From Octopus sinensis (taxonomy: Eukaryota), in contig NW_021834829.1 of assembly GCF_006345805.1 (NCBI RefSeq), forward strand, positions 1 through 46,031: 46,031 nt of DNA, given 5' to 3'. How positions within the stretch are numbered: position 1 is the stretch's first letter; every line of letters starts with the position of its first letter. Below the pieces are notes generated by a model. That model ran no database searches and had not been told where the DNA came from. It saw only the letters and a list, made by a program, of their open reading frames with translations. Positions 23,233-34,681 of this stretch are shown here, in pieces. The position numbers were made by a program, and so were the translations under genes.

Positions 23233-23780
23233 GTATAAGCATGGTTGTGTGGTAAGAATTTTGCTTTCTGACCACATGGGTCTGGGTTCAGTCCCACTGC
23301 GTGGCACCTTGGGCAAGTGTCTTCTACTATAGTCTCAGGTGCCTTGTGAGTCGATTTGGTAGATGGAAACTGAAGAAAAACCTGTTGTGTGTGTGAGTGT
23401 GTGTGTGCATAATAATAATAATAATAATAATTGTGTACAGTGCTCAGGTGCACTACAACTCATCTAAAGTGTATATATAATCAGGTGTAGTTTCGGCGGA
23501 TTTCGGAAAGCATGAGGGCCTTAAAAGATGCAGTGTGTGTGTGTGTGCACGTGCATCTTTGCATCTGTGTTATCACCCCATCACTACTTGACAACCAGCA
23601 TTGGTGTGTTTATGTCTCTGTAACTTAGTGGTTCGGCAAAAGAGACCAATATATATATATATGTGCCCAGTCTTAAAAAGAGAAGTACTGAGGTAGATTT
23701 ATTCAGCCAAAACATTCTTCAAGGTGGGACACCAGCATGGCCGCAGTCTAATGTCTGAAACAAGTAACAGGTAAAAGATA
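23233..23780 (+). mobile_element. Family A SINE split by an unrelated ~120-bp insert
   Basis: Head 23233-23395, unrelated segment ~23410-23525, tail 23530-23780. Confidence 0.7.
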
Positions 23781-23805
23781 CAGATAGATAGGATGTAGGT
23801 GATGT

Positions 23806-24153
23806 AGGTGCAGGCATGGCTGTGTGGTACGAAGTTTGTTTCCCGACCGCATGGCTCCGGGTTCAGTCCCACTGTGTGCCGCCTTGGGTAAGCCTTGTGA
23901 GTGGATTTGGTTGATGAAAACCGAAAGAAGCCCATCATGTGTGCGTGTGTGCGTGTATGTATGTGCGTGTTCTATCGCTGCTTGTCGACTGGTTTTGGTG
24001 TGTTTGGGCCTCCATAACTTAGCAGTTTGGCAAAAGTGACCAACAAAATAAGTACCAGGCTTTGAGAAAAATTAAGTCCTGGGATCACTCCGTTTGACTG
24101 AAGGCAGTGCCCCAGCATGGCCACAGTCTAATGACTGAAACAACTAAAAGAAT
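23806..24153 (+). mobile_element. Family A SINE, near full length
   Basis: Head, shortened CORE region, microsatellite and tail are collinear with 34682-35104. Confidence 0.85.
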
Positions 24154-24427
24154 AGAAGAGAAAAGACTTGGTAACATGGCTGCGTGGTTAAGAAGTTTAC
24201 TACCCAACCTCGTGGTTTGGGGTTCAGTTCCATTACATGGCACTTTGAGTATTTTCTTCTATAGAACCCACACTGACCAAAGGGACTTGAGTGCAGCAAA
24301 ATCCAAGAGGGAAAAGCAGGGATCCAACTGGAGGGAAGATGAAATTAGGGTTAGCCTAGAGCTGAGAACAGCAGAGAGAAGTTGTCAATGGTCTTTGCGC
24401 CAAAATTTCAGGCCTTGTCTTTATAGT

Positions 24428-24739
24428 CACCGTGACCACCATGACCAACCAGGCTATCAGATGTTGCTACACATCGCTGGTCACAATGCGCTTTGCATTG
24501 TTTTAGCCTTCAAATGATGCCACCTCGCTGGCTAAGTGAGCAGGCCAACAGAAGAAAGAGTGAGAGAAAGTTGTGGCGAAAGAGTACAGCAGGGATCGCC
24601 ACCATCCCCTGCCGGAGCCTCATGGAGCTTTTAGGTGTTTTCGCTCAATAAACACTCACAACGCCCGGTCTGGGAATCGAAACTGCGATTCTACAACCGC
24701 GAGTCCGCTGCCCTAACCACTGGGCCATTGCGCCTCCAC
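24428..24739 (-). mobile_element. tRNA-derived SINE
   Basis: Minus-strand head GGAGGCGCAATGGCCCAGTGGTTAGGGCAGCGGACTCGCGG...GTTTCGATTCCC; possible 8-bp TSD TTTATAGT at 24420 and 24743. Confidence 0.85.
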
Positions 24740-25659
24740 GTGTTTATAGTAGAAAGGGTTATTATGTAACGCACAAAGTCTCCCTTGTCTGTGTTTGTCT
24801 TGCTACAAAATAAGTTGTTTGCCTGACATTTGGTGCCATGGTGGAGCTACAGTTAATTCCTTATATATAATTTAGCGAAATTCCTATGAAACCGACAGCA
24901 AACTGGAATATTCTCTGTGGATTAATGTCGATTTATGGAACAACAATAGGAACAGAATAAAATTCTATAGGATGATCAGGAATTTATCTAAGAGATGCGA
25001 AACTATTTGTGTTCAGTGATTTGGAAGAGCAGATTCTTACAGACATTTCCAAACATCCTGGTGATTCCAACTCATTTATAAATGAATGAATGGCAAGTGA
25101 GTGTTTACACATGCACAAAGAGATAAACACACACACACACACACACACCACACACACACACACATGTATATATACATAAAAGAGGGCATTAAAACGATAC
25201 AAAGACATACACACACACACAGAGATATATGCAAACACACACACACACACAGATACATACATATACACAAATTTCCATGGATTCACACTGGTGTAAACTG
25301 CAATGACATTATAGATGTACTCAATACTGGCTGAGAGTATGGAATAATGTTTCCACCAGGAATTTCTCGTTCTTCATCCGCAGACCTGAGAATGAAGAAT
25401 GACATAATCTGAATCGAGATTCACACAACTTTAGATCTAATTAAATGCTCAGATATATATCTGAGATATATATACCAGAACATCAACGTCCATTTGTCCA
25501 TGCTGGCATGGGTTGGCCAGTTCAACTAGAGCTAGCAAGGTGGGGAGCTGCATCAGAAGCCAGTCTGATTTGGCATGGTTTCTACAGCTCGATGCCCTTC
25601 CCAATGTCAACCACTTTAAAGAGTGTGTTGGGTGCTTTTACATAGCACCACATGAGTAC

Positions 25660-25908
25660 TGTGGAGACACATGGCTTAGTGGTTAGGGTGTCAGCACCAT
25701 GATCGTAAGATTGTGGTTTCGATTCCTGGACCGGGCAACGCGTTGTGTTCTTGAGCAAAACACTTCATTTCACTTTGCTCCAATCCACTCAGTTGGCAAA
25801 AATGAGTAACGCTGTGATGGACTGGCATCCCATGCAGCTGGGGAACACATACACCACGGAAACCAGGCCCACGAGCCTGGCTAGGCTTTAAAAAGGGCGC
25901 ATTTATTT
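25660..25908 (+). mobile_element. tRNA-derived SINE with V-domain-like body
   Basis: A and B boxes, then gttgtgttcttgagcaaaacact...gatggactggcatcccat. Confidence 0.8.
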
Positions 25909-26037
25909 GTGGAGGCACAATGGCCCAGTGGTTAGGGCAGTGGACTTGCGGTCGGAGGATCGCAGTTTCGATTCCCAGACCAGGCGTTGTGTGTGTTTAT
26001 TGAGTGAAAACACCTAAGCTCCACGAAGCTCCGGCAG
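25909..26037 (+). mobile_element. tRNA-derived SINE head, 3'-truncated
   Basis: Same head as 24428-24739. Confidence 0.85.
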
Positions 26038-26149
26038 GCTTCTTAACCACACACATACCGTACAGAATACATGAATTGAGTTCTCACTTTATTTTTGCTA
26101 TCAAGGTCCCCTGCAAATTGTTTGGAACAGTAAAGCTCCTAACTCCATC

Positions 26150-26570
26150 ATCAACATTTATTGAGATTCACAGTCTCATCTTCAGGAAGAAATGATGTTG
26201 GAGTATGTTACTATCTCTTTATACATCATCTGTCAAATGTTTGGTTCTGTTTGTGGCAAGTGTATATCAACTGTATGTCTATTTTGGTATTGTGCAATGA
26301 ATCATTCTTCAATCATTAATCACGTTTTTGTAGAGAATTCAGTAGAGTATATATGTGTTGTCCACTAAAATGTTTCCTATCTAGTTGAATTTTGAGTTGT
26401 GTAATATACTGTATTGCAATTGGTACTTGTTTTAAGTAAATGATCAGCTTGTAGGGAGATAGTCATTCATGTATGGCCAATATAACAGTCTGAGTTGTGA
26501 AGTTTACAACTTTTATATTTACAGTTGAATTTTCAAATTTAAAATCACATTGGTCACTAGTAGTTTGTCC
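26150..26570 (-). mobile_element. Penelope-like element 3' remnant: decayed GIY-YIG endonuclease plus hammerhead-like motif
   Basis: Minus-strand translation TNV(fs)..KFNCKYKSCKLHNSDCYIGHT*MT (YIGHT at 26484-26470); CTGAAGA-T-GAGA-loop-TCTC at 26185-26163. Confidence 0.65.
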
Positions 26571-26698
26571 TCAGGTTTTCAAGTTTATAGCTTATCATAT
26601 CTTAGCACAGCCCCTAACCTCGCTCCTGCTCCTAAGGATCATCAGTGAACCTTGGTTTAGTTCTAATGATCCAAAAGAAATGACCATTAAATTGTTGC

Positions 26699-26988
26699 TT
26701 AATCCTCAAGCATTCAGATTAGCTATCAAATATGGTTGGAATTAATCATGCATTATCTCATAGCTTTGAGATTTTGATGTGATTTTCTTTTTAGAATGAC
26801 TTTGTAAGACAGGTGTGAGAAGCCAGATCTGGTCAATTTGATCATAAAACAGGCAGAATATTTGAGCCTGATCTGGTTCGCCGGTCCTTAGACAAAATCG
26901 TCCAACCCATGCCAGCATGGAAAGCAGACTTTAAACGATGATGATGATGATGATTATTATATGGCTGGTTAAAATGCTAAAGAGTTAG
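26699..26988. mobile_element. piggyBac-like MITE, decayed, containing a family C tail
   Basis: Ends TTAA|TCCTCAAGCATT and AATGCTAAAGAG|TTAG approximate TTAA|CCCTTTAGCATT inverted ends; family C 3' fragment at ~26875-26955. Confidence 0.55.
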
Positions 26989-26994
26989 AGTCAT

Positions 26995-27135
26995 TTCAAA
27001 TGTTTGGTCTCCACTGTACCCTGGTAACTCATTACATGTTGTTATAGACTGGATTTGGTCCTCAGCTTTCCATTCAGCATTTCTCAAAACAAAAGCCTTG
27101 CTTCCAAAGGCTCCGCGATCCATCACCAATAAGGC
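26995..27135 (-). mobile_element. Possible decayed CR1/L2-like LINE ORF2 end
   Basis: DRGAFGSKAF...SITTCNELPG loosely fits the TRGH.xKL....WNxLP C-terminal pattern. Confidence 0.3.
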
Positions 27136-27404
27136 ACCAGTTAGCTGAACCCACATTAAATGGCAGCACAAGATGTTGATTGGTCAAGCCAAGCCTACAG
27201 TGAAAGACATACCAAGTACCAGACAGTGAGGTTTGAACATGGAACCACATGGCTACAAACTAAACATCTAAGCCACACAGCCATGCTTACATACCTATAT
27301 AGTGGACTCTCCCATCACAAAAAAAAAATCGGATGAGCAATCCACAGCAATTTCTTGCTGAATAATCTGCACAGATGGTTAGCTTATAGTGATCAAATGT
27401 ATGT

Positions 27405-27702
27405 TGTTCTTTCTCAAACCATGCCTGGCTCATAAAGGCCAGTTTATGAGTTTCTGTGGCATATAGGTTCCCCACCCGGATGGACGCCGGTCTGTTGCAG
27501 GTGAGCTGCAAGATGCAGGAAGAAAGAGTGAGAGAAAGTTGTGGCGAAAGGGTCAGCAGAAGTTCACCATTACCTTCTGCTGGAGCCGCGTGGAGCTTAG
27601 GTGTTTCGTTCATAAACACACACATCGCCCGGTCTGAGATTCGAACCCACGATCCCTCAACCGCGAGTTTGCTGCTCTAACCACTAGGCCATGTGCCTCC
27701 AC
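27405..27702 (-). mobile_element. tRNA-derived SINE, same family as 473-779
   Basis: Perfect 13-bp TSD ATCAAATGTATGT at 27392-27404 and 27703-27715. Confidence 0.9.
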
Positions 27703-28139
27703 ATCAAATGTATGTGCTGCACATTAACCTCACTCCTTCCATCGAATCAACATTTCCTCCATGGGTGCACAGTGTGCCACATGTCAGATGTCGAAGTGAC
27801 CACAGAGCAACGTGAAATGAAGTAGACAGATAAAGGATAATGACAATGATGATGGTGATGATGGTGATGACACAATGATGACAACAATGATGATGATGAT
27901 TATGATGATATATAAGACAATGATGATGACAACAATTAGAAGACTATAATTAAAAAAGAAAAAAACTGCTCAAAAGCACAGTGCACTACGCAGCCCAGGG
28001 ATTGAAACCACAATCTTACAATTGTGAGTGCAACAAACTAATCACTTGACCATGTCTGTGTGTGTGTACACATACACACATATGTATACACACACACACA
28101 TACACATTCAGATGTACATGTATGTATGCACATGTATGC

Positions 28140-28822
28140 AAGTTGTTAGCAACTTAATATGATGTAAACACACACATATATACACACACACACATAAGTA
28201 TGTATCTATGTTGTATTGTATACATGTGTTACCAACAGACTGCAGTTAATGCAGTTTCATATGTACATGTCTGTGTGTGTGTGTGTGTGTACACATGTGC
28301 TAGCAATTTTACACACATATACGCATGCATACACACGGGAGGGTGGGAGAGAAAGTGTCTATGTATGCATATGTGTGTGTGTATATGTATGTATGTATAT
28401 ATATATATATATATGCTACCAATTTTACACACCTAATAAAATGCATTTCATTTTATACACACATACACACATATGAAAGAGAGAAAGTGTGTCTATATGC
28501 ATACAAATATATATACATACATACATACATACATATATATATATATACACACACACACACATACATAATTATATGTTACAAATTTAACACACCTAATATG
28601 CATTATACATACATACATATATATATATATATACACGTAACAAATGTAACATACCTAATAAGATGTATTTCATACACACATACACACGTCTATATATTAT
28701 ATATATCTGTGAATATATATATATATATATATACATACACACACACACACACAGAGTATTTGAATATAACTCTATGTGTGTGTGTTACCAATTTAACATA
28801 GCTAATAAGATGTATTTTTATC
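28140..28822. repeat. Array of a ~35-nt motif separated by variable microsatellite spacers
   Basis: G(T/C)TAC(C/A)AATTT(T/A)ACACACCTAATA-like motif at 28228, 28299, 28415, 28575, 28637 and 28784. Confidence 0.75.
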
Positions 28823-29395
28823 ATGGAATCCATGAAGTAACAGAAATTCTGCAGAATATTATTACACCACCATAGTAGAGGATGGAACCGTTCCAAGTTC
28901 TAAGCAATGGAAGAGTCCAATTATAGTAACACTAAAATACAGAAGTATCAATAAAGCCATTTTATTGATCTTTTCGCACAAAGCTCATTTTTTTTTACTT
29001 TAGCTATCGTTTTTGTTAATTCTTTTTTGGGGGTGTTTTTTTTTGTGTGTGTATGTTTTCTCTCTATGCATGTCGCATTAAATAATGAAAACAGAAGTAG
29101 CAGACCAAATAGCATTGGTAGCAAACAGACCGTGGAAGCAGCTAAGATGTAGGGTACCTATTTACGGCCAGGTGGACAGAGCTAGAGAAAGTTTTGTTTA
29201 TGAGATTTTGTGTCTGTGACTGCCTTAGTATTACAACGGTTCAAGTTGTAGAAACAGGGCTGCGCGGTTAAGAAGCTTGCTTTGTAACCATGTAGTCTAG
29301 TAGTTTTGAGTTCAATTCCACTGTGTGGTACCTTGGGCAAGTGTCTTCTATTATAACCCCAGGTCAACCAAAGACTTGAAGGAATTTGGTAAACA

Positions 29396-29623
29396 AGGCG
29401 AGCTGGCAGAAACATTAGCACGCCAGGCGAAATGCTTAGCGGTATTTCGTCTGTTTTTACGTTCTGAGTTCAAATTCCGCCGAGGTCGACTTTGCCTTTC
29501 ATCTTTTCGGGGTCGATAAATTAAGTACCAGTTACACACTGGGGCCAATGTAATCGACTTAATTTGTTTGTCTGTCCTTATTTGTCCCCTCTGTGTTTAG
29601 CCCCTTGTGGGTAGTAAAGAAAT
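29396..29623 (+). mobile_element. Family M SINE inserted in a family A SINE
   Basis: Perfect 16-bp TSD AGGAATTTGGTAAACA at 29380-29395 and 29624-29639. Confidence 0.92.
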
Positions 29624-29789
29624 AGGAATTTGGTAAACAGAGACTGTGTGGAAGCCACACATAAAGATATGGAGATGAACACCAATTTCTCTGTGATCAG
29701 GTTGAAAAATTGTTAAGATATTTTAACATGAAACCAATGGTAGCCTTAATATACAAATAAATAGTCTTTATCCACCAATGCCATGTTGA

Positions 29790-30018
29790 GTACTCATTCT
29801 CAATGTTCAACATTACATGTATAAGTGTATGCTGGACCACTGAACTCTATACATTTTTTCATTCTCTCTCTGTTTATTTCCCCTGTCTATTTCCTGCTGA
29901 AGAGTGTAGGCTCGAAACATAAAACACTTATTCATCTTTCCCAAGCATCAAACTAATACATTTGCATGTTGTTCATACACCTGTCTTTATCTTTTGTTTT
30001 TCTATAAATTTCAACTAT
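29790..30018 (+). mobile_element. Penelope-like pLTR remnant with decayed hammerhead motif
   Basis: CTGCTGA-A-GAGT-GTAG-GCTC-GAAAC-ATA at 29894-29921; T-rich 3' end like the other copies. Confidence 0.55.
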
Positions 30019-30183
30019 ATTATTATTATTATTATTTGTTTCTCAACTCAGTATTTTCTTTTTAATCTTTGTACTTTATCGGTCTCTTTTGCCAAACTGT
30101 TAAGTTACATAAACACATCAACACCAGTTGTCAAGCAGTGGTGGGGGACAAACACAAAGACACACACACACACATAAATATAC

Positions 30184-30942
30184 CAGGCACGTGCCATCAG
30201 TAATAACTCAGGTCAGGTAGTTGGTGACCTTTATGTAGTAAAACACAAAAAATAAGCGAAACACAAGCACGCAACTGAGTTGAAGGCAGATTTACTTCTG
30301 CCTTTATAGCATATATAGAAAATGATGTTGTAGGAGTGTACGCAGCATGTGTACTACAGCAGAACTATGTGTAGCTTAAATACAGAGATTGAAAGGTAGG
30401 AGAGCATTATGCCTACCATGAGTGGCTGTGTGGTAAGTAGCTTGCTTACAAACCACATGGTTCCAGATTCAGGCCATTTTAGTGTCTATGATGGAAACCA
30501 TTTCGGCAAATCAATTAACTTTTTCTGCTGAGAAAATCATGGATTATACTTGCATTCCTGCCAGATCTATTCCAATGGCACCTTGGGCAAGTATCTTCTA
30601 CTATAGCCTTGGGCCAACCAAAGCGTTGTGAGTGGATTTCGCAGATGGAAACCTGTAACTTAGCAGTTTGGCAAAAGAAACTGACAGGATAAGTACTAGG
30701 CTTACAAAGAATAAGCCCTGGGGTCGATTATTTTGACTAAAGGCGGTGCTCCAGCATGGCTGCAGGCAAATGACAGAAACAAATAAAAGAATAAAAGAAT
30801 CTGCAAAAAAATAAATTATTTTGCATTTTATGCATAGTAATTAGAGAAACCACCATAGATTTATTGAATTAGGTGCATATTTTGCCATAAAAGGAAAATG
30901 TTGCTATCAACCTACCTTGCCTACCCAGGTGGCACGTCCCTG
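30184..30942. mobile_element. hAT-like MITE
   Basis: TIRs CAGGCACGTGCCATCAG / CAGGTGGCACGTCCCTG (14 of 17 match); flanks aaATATAC and gtATATAC fit a decayed 8-bp TSD. Confidence 0.7.
30419..30800 (+). mobile_element. Family A SINE nested in the MITE, with a ~100-bp internal insert
   Basis: Head, CORE region and tail present; foreign segment at ~30473-30566. Confidence 0.8.
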
Positions 30943-30964
30943 GTATATACATATACATATATAT

Positions 30965-30995
<31 letters not shown>

Positions 30996-32435
30996 CATAC
31001 TGAATCCAGAACACGTGTGATTGGGAAGCAAACATCTTACCATACAGCCATACCTGCACCTATGTGTGTGTGTATGCATGTGTATGTGATTTTGTCTTCT
31101 TCACAACACATCGCAGCAGTGATGAGACAATGATTGATGATGACAATGCTGGTGATGACGATGGTGGAGGTGGTGATGGTGATGGTGGGTCACGGTGGTG
31201 ATGATGATTATGATGATGATGGTGGTGAGGGTGATGACGACAGCAGTAATGGTGATGATGATAATGGTAGTGATAATGATGATGATGGCAATGGTGGTGA
31301 TGATGATGGTGATGAAGTCGACAGTGGTGATGGTGATGACGGGAGCGGTAGTGATGACAATAATGCTGGCTTTAGGCCATGCATTTCATGTGGCATCTTG
31401 GAGAGTACAAATGGTATAAAAATAGACCAGCAGAGAAAGGGGGAGAAAGGGAGAGAGAGAGGGAGAGAGAGAAAGGGGTGGGGGAGAAAGAGTAAAAGTT
31501 GTAGAGTGTGATGTGCTGGAAACTTTCTTGAATTACTATTGGACCGTTAACATTATTATTATTATTGCTGTTGTCATCATCATCATCATCATCATTATTA
31601 TTGTTGTTGTTGTTGTTGTTGTTGATGGTGTGAAACGTTTGAAGTATTGATCCAACTGTGTCATGTTAATGTTAAACAGAAGCACTATTGACATTTTGTT
31701 AAATTCATTTGTTTCAACTTTCTCGCAACACATTACCCAACACTCTGCTCTGCCCTCTCTCTCTCCTCTCTCTCTCTCTCTCTTCTCATCTCTTCTCATC
31801 TCTTCTCTGGTGGTATTTTGGTGGCTGACTCCAAGAACAACAACAATAATAAAAATAATAATAATAACGATAATAATAATAATAATCACGTACATCTTCT
31901 CACCAACCTCAAAAAGTGTAGAAGTTTTTATGCTTAATTTTTGGGAGGTTTTTTTGTTTGTTTTCGGGAGGTTTTTTTTTTTTTTATGTTCAGAAATGGT
32001 GAATTTACCATCTTCGTTTTCCAATGTCAATGTTAGTATAATTAACGCAACACATTTCAGATGATGTTAGATATTTTTTTTTTCTAATTTTGGTTGCTTG
32101 TTTGATTTTTTTTTATCATCTTTTTAAACTTTTGAGAAACGATGAGAAAAAGAAAAGGAAACAAAAACAAAAAACACACAAAAAATAAGAAGAAGGAAAT
32201 CAATTTTTCCTTTCATGTATGGCCGACAGGGTATGTGCTCAACCTTGACTTTTGCAGCATTACATGGATGACTGATTAATTCACCCAGCCTTGCTACATA
32301 GAAGGGTGAGCGGTGGGGCTGAGGGGTATAGAATTAAACATTTAACCCTTTTAAAGACAAAGCATATAAATGTTTCTCAAAGAAAAGAATGAAACATAAC
32401 CAGTTTCAAAAGACAGAAAACAGAATATAGTTATT

Positions 32436-32708
32436 CATCATCATCATCATCATCATCATCGTTTAATATCCGTTTTCCATGCTAGCATGGGTTGGACGGT
32501 TCGACCGGGGTCTGGGAGGCCAGGAGGCTGCACCAGGCTCCAGTCTGATCTGGCAGTGTTTCTACAGCTGGATGCCTTCCTAACACCAACCACTCCATGA
32601 GTGTAGTGGTGCTTTTTATGTGCCACTGGCACAGCGGTCATAGGAGGCTGGTAACGGCCACGATCGGTTGGTGGTTTTTATGTGTCACTGGCACAGGGGC
32701 CAGAGGAG
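32436..32708 (-). mobile_element. Family C element
   Basis: (CAT)n-gtttaatatccgttttccatgctagcatgggttggacgg... Confidence 0.85.
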
Positions 32709-32714
32709 GTTCTC

Positions 32715-32841
32715 ACATTCACACACTCATTGCAGCAGTCCTTCAGTTTTTCTAAACCCTGTAAAAGAACTTGATAGGTTCAGCCTTCAGTCAGGCCTTT
32801 CGTGACACCCTTAAAGCCAGGAACTTTCCAGCAATCCCTCG
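32715..32841. mobile_element. Right half of the Tc1/mariner MITE seen at 14248-14464
   Basis: gtccttcagtttttctaaaccctgtaaaagaacttg...ggaactttccagcaatccctcg|ta. Confidence 0.75.
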
Positions 32842-33149
32842 TACACATGTATACAACAAACACAACCACAGATCCGTAAATGCAATTATTAAATCCCATC
32901 AATACACTAATTGATGAAATATTTCAACAACACACTCACTCACACACACACACACACACACAAAAGAAGAGGCTTAAAGACAGAGCGACATCATAAGCTG
33001 AGAGCTTAAGAGAAGATATCACAGAATGGTACCAATATTTCTGCGTTCTAAGCACAGGAATATAAAACACAGTGGTTCCCTATTTCACAGAGTTACAGAC
33101 ACAGGAATATTCAATGGCTTTGAAAGATGCCATGAAAGTGTAAAATACA

Positions 33150-33699
33150 CACAGACACACACCTACATAAATATACATATATACACACATATACATGCAT
33201 ATATATATATACATACACATATATTCATACACATACATATATATGCATATACATACACATACATATACATATATATGCATATACATACATATATATATAT
33301 ATGCATATACATACATATACATATATACATATGTATACATACACATGTATATGCATACACAAACATATATATACATATATATACATACACATATTCATAT
33401 ATATACATATACATATGCATACATATACATACATATACATATATATGCATATACATACATATACATACATATATATGCATATACATACATATACATATAC
33501 AGACATATATATGCATATACATACATATATATTTACATACACATATATATATATATGTAAATACACATATATAAGCAAGTATACAAACATATAGATACAT
33601 ATATACACATACATACGTACATGTATACATACATTTGTAATGTATACACACATACATACCTACATACATACATTTGTAATGTATACACACATACATACC

Positions 33700-33738
<39 letters not shown>
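33150..33738. repeat. Compound (TA/CATA) microsatellite with higher-order repeats
   Basis: Recurring atatatgcatatacatac; short tandem duplication around catttgtaatgtatacacac. Confidence 0.9.
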
Positions 33739-33744
<6 letters not shown>

Positions 33745-33884
33745 TTCTTCGTGTAAACTTATTTATACATTAAAAGTAGACTCTATAGAAACATCTTTTT
33801 TTAATTTTTAATCAAAGAACACATTATAATGCAAATGTTGTATACAGTCTTCAACCTCGTTAATGAGTCTGCAGATGAATTCAC

Positions 33885-33918
33885 TTTGTAATGTAACGAA
33901 GCAATCAGGCACACACAT
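33885..33918 (-). CDS. Candidate small exon (34 nt): xCVCLIASLHYK (phase 2-0) or MCVPDCFVTLQ (phase 0-1)
   Basis: Branch-like gctgac plus tttctatgcttttatatag acceptor; donor AAA|GTGAAT is moderate. Keeps frame between the 42381-42400 and 9101-9160 exons. Confidence 0.28.
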
Positions 33919-34681
33919 CTATATAAAAGCATAGAAAGTCAGCCGAGATGACAGAAACGATAAAGGCCAAAGTTGTTGCCATCAAACACTGGCTTTCCAA
34001 CAGAATATTTGCTGAATGTCAAATTTACATGATAAAACTCTTTAAAATATAATGTAAGAGAAAAACGAAAGAGAGACAGACAGACAGAGGAAACAAAAAT
34101 ATATGAATAAGTCTATGCAGCAGAGAAAATTTGACTGAAATTAAAACATTTCTTATAGAGTAACTAGTTTCATTCATTTTCCATGTTTAAATATTGCAAT
34201 TTTAAATGTTATTCTAGTATTTGATTTGGATATTGTGGAGACATCTTTTGTAAGAGAACACAAACCTGGTCGATTGAAACTATCATATAATGGTCTACTT
34301 CTATTTATATTATTAATAGTTTGATCAATGAAAATATGAAGGGAAAGGCATGTCTATGCAGCTGTGAACTTTATTTTGCAGCCGCGTGGTTTCAGCTTTG
34401 GTCTCACTGCATAGTACTTTGGGTCAGTCTCTTCTACAATAACCCTGGAACGACTAAAGCTTTGTGAGTGAATTTGGTTGATGGAAACTGTATATACACG
34501 AGTGCGTTTGTGTGTGCCTTTGGGTTTGTCCCCGCCACTACTTGATAAGCAATGTTGGTTTGTTTACATCCCTGCAACTTGGCAGATCAGGAAAAGAGGT
34601 TAAGAGGACAAATACCAGCAGGCTAAATATAAAAAAAAAATGGCTGGGGTTGATTTGGTTGACTAAAATTCTCCAAATATA

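Larger units (their letters stand above)
30040..31065 (-). mobile_element. Family A SINE split by a hAT MITE
   Basis: Tail part 30040-30183 and head part 30943-31065 flank the MITE. Confidence 0.7.

Noticed and set aside
24660-24739. tRNA-like cloverleaf (also 473-545 and 25909-25985)
   Set aside because: A and B boxes are present, but the acceptor stem does not pair and each runs into a SINE body; these are SINE heads, not tRNA genes.
28140-28822. CRISPR-like repeat/spacer look
   Set aside because: Eukaryotic context, divergent repeats, microsatellite spacers of unequal length, no cas genes.
33920-34055. TATATAAAAG box followed by a 34-codon ORF (MTETIKAKVV...)
   Set aside because: TATA-to-initiator spacing is only ~20 nt, and the same bases are better explained as the minus-strand acceptor tract.
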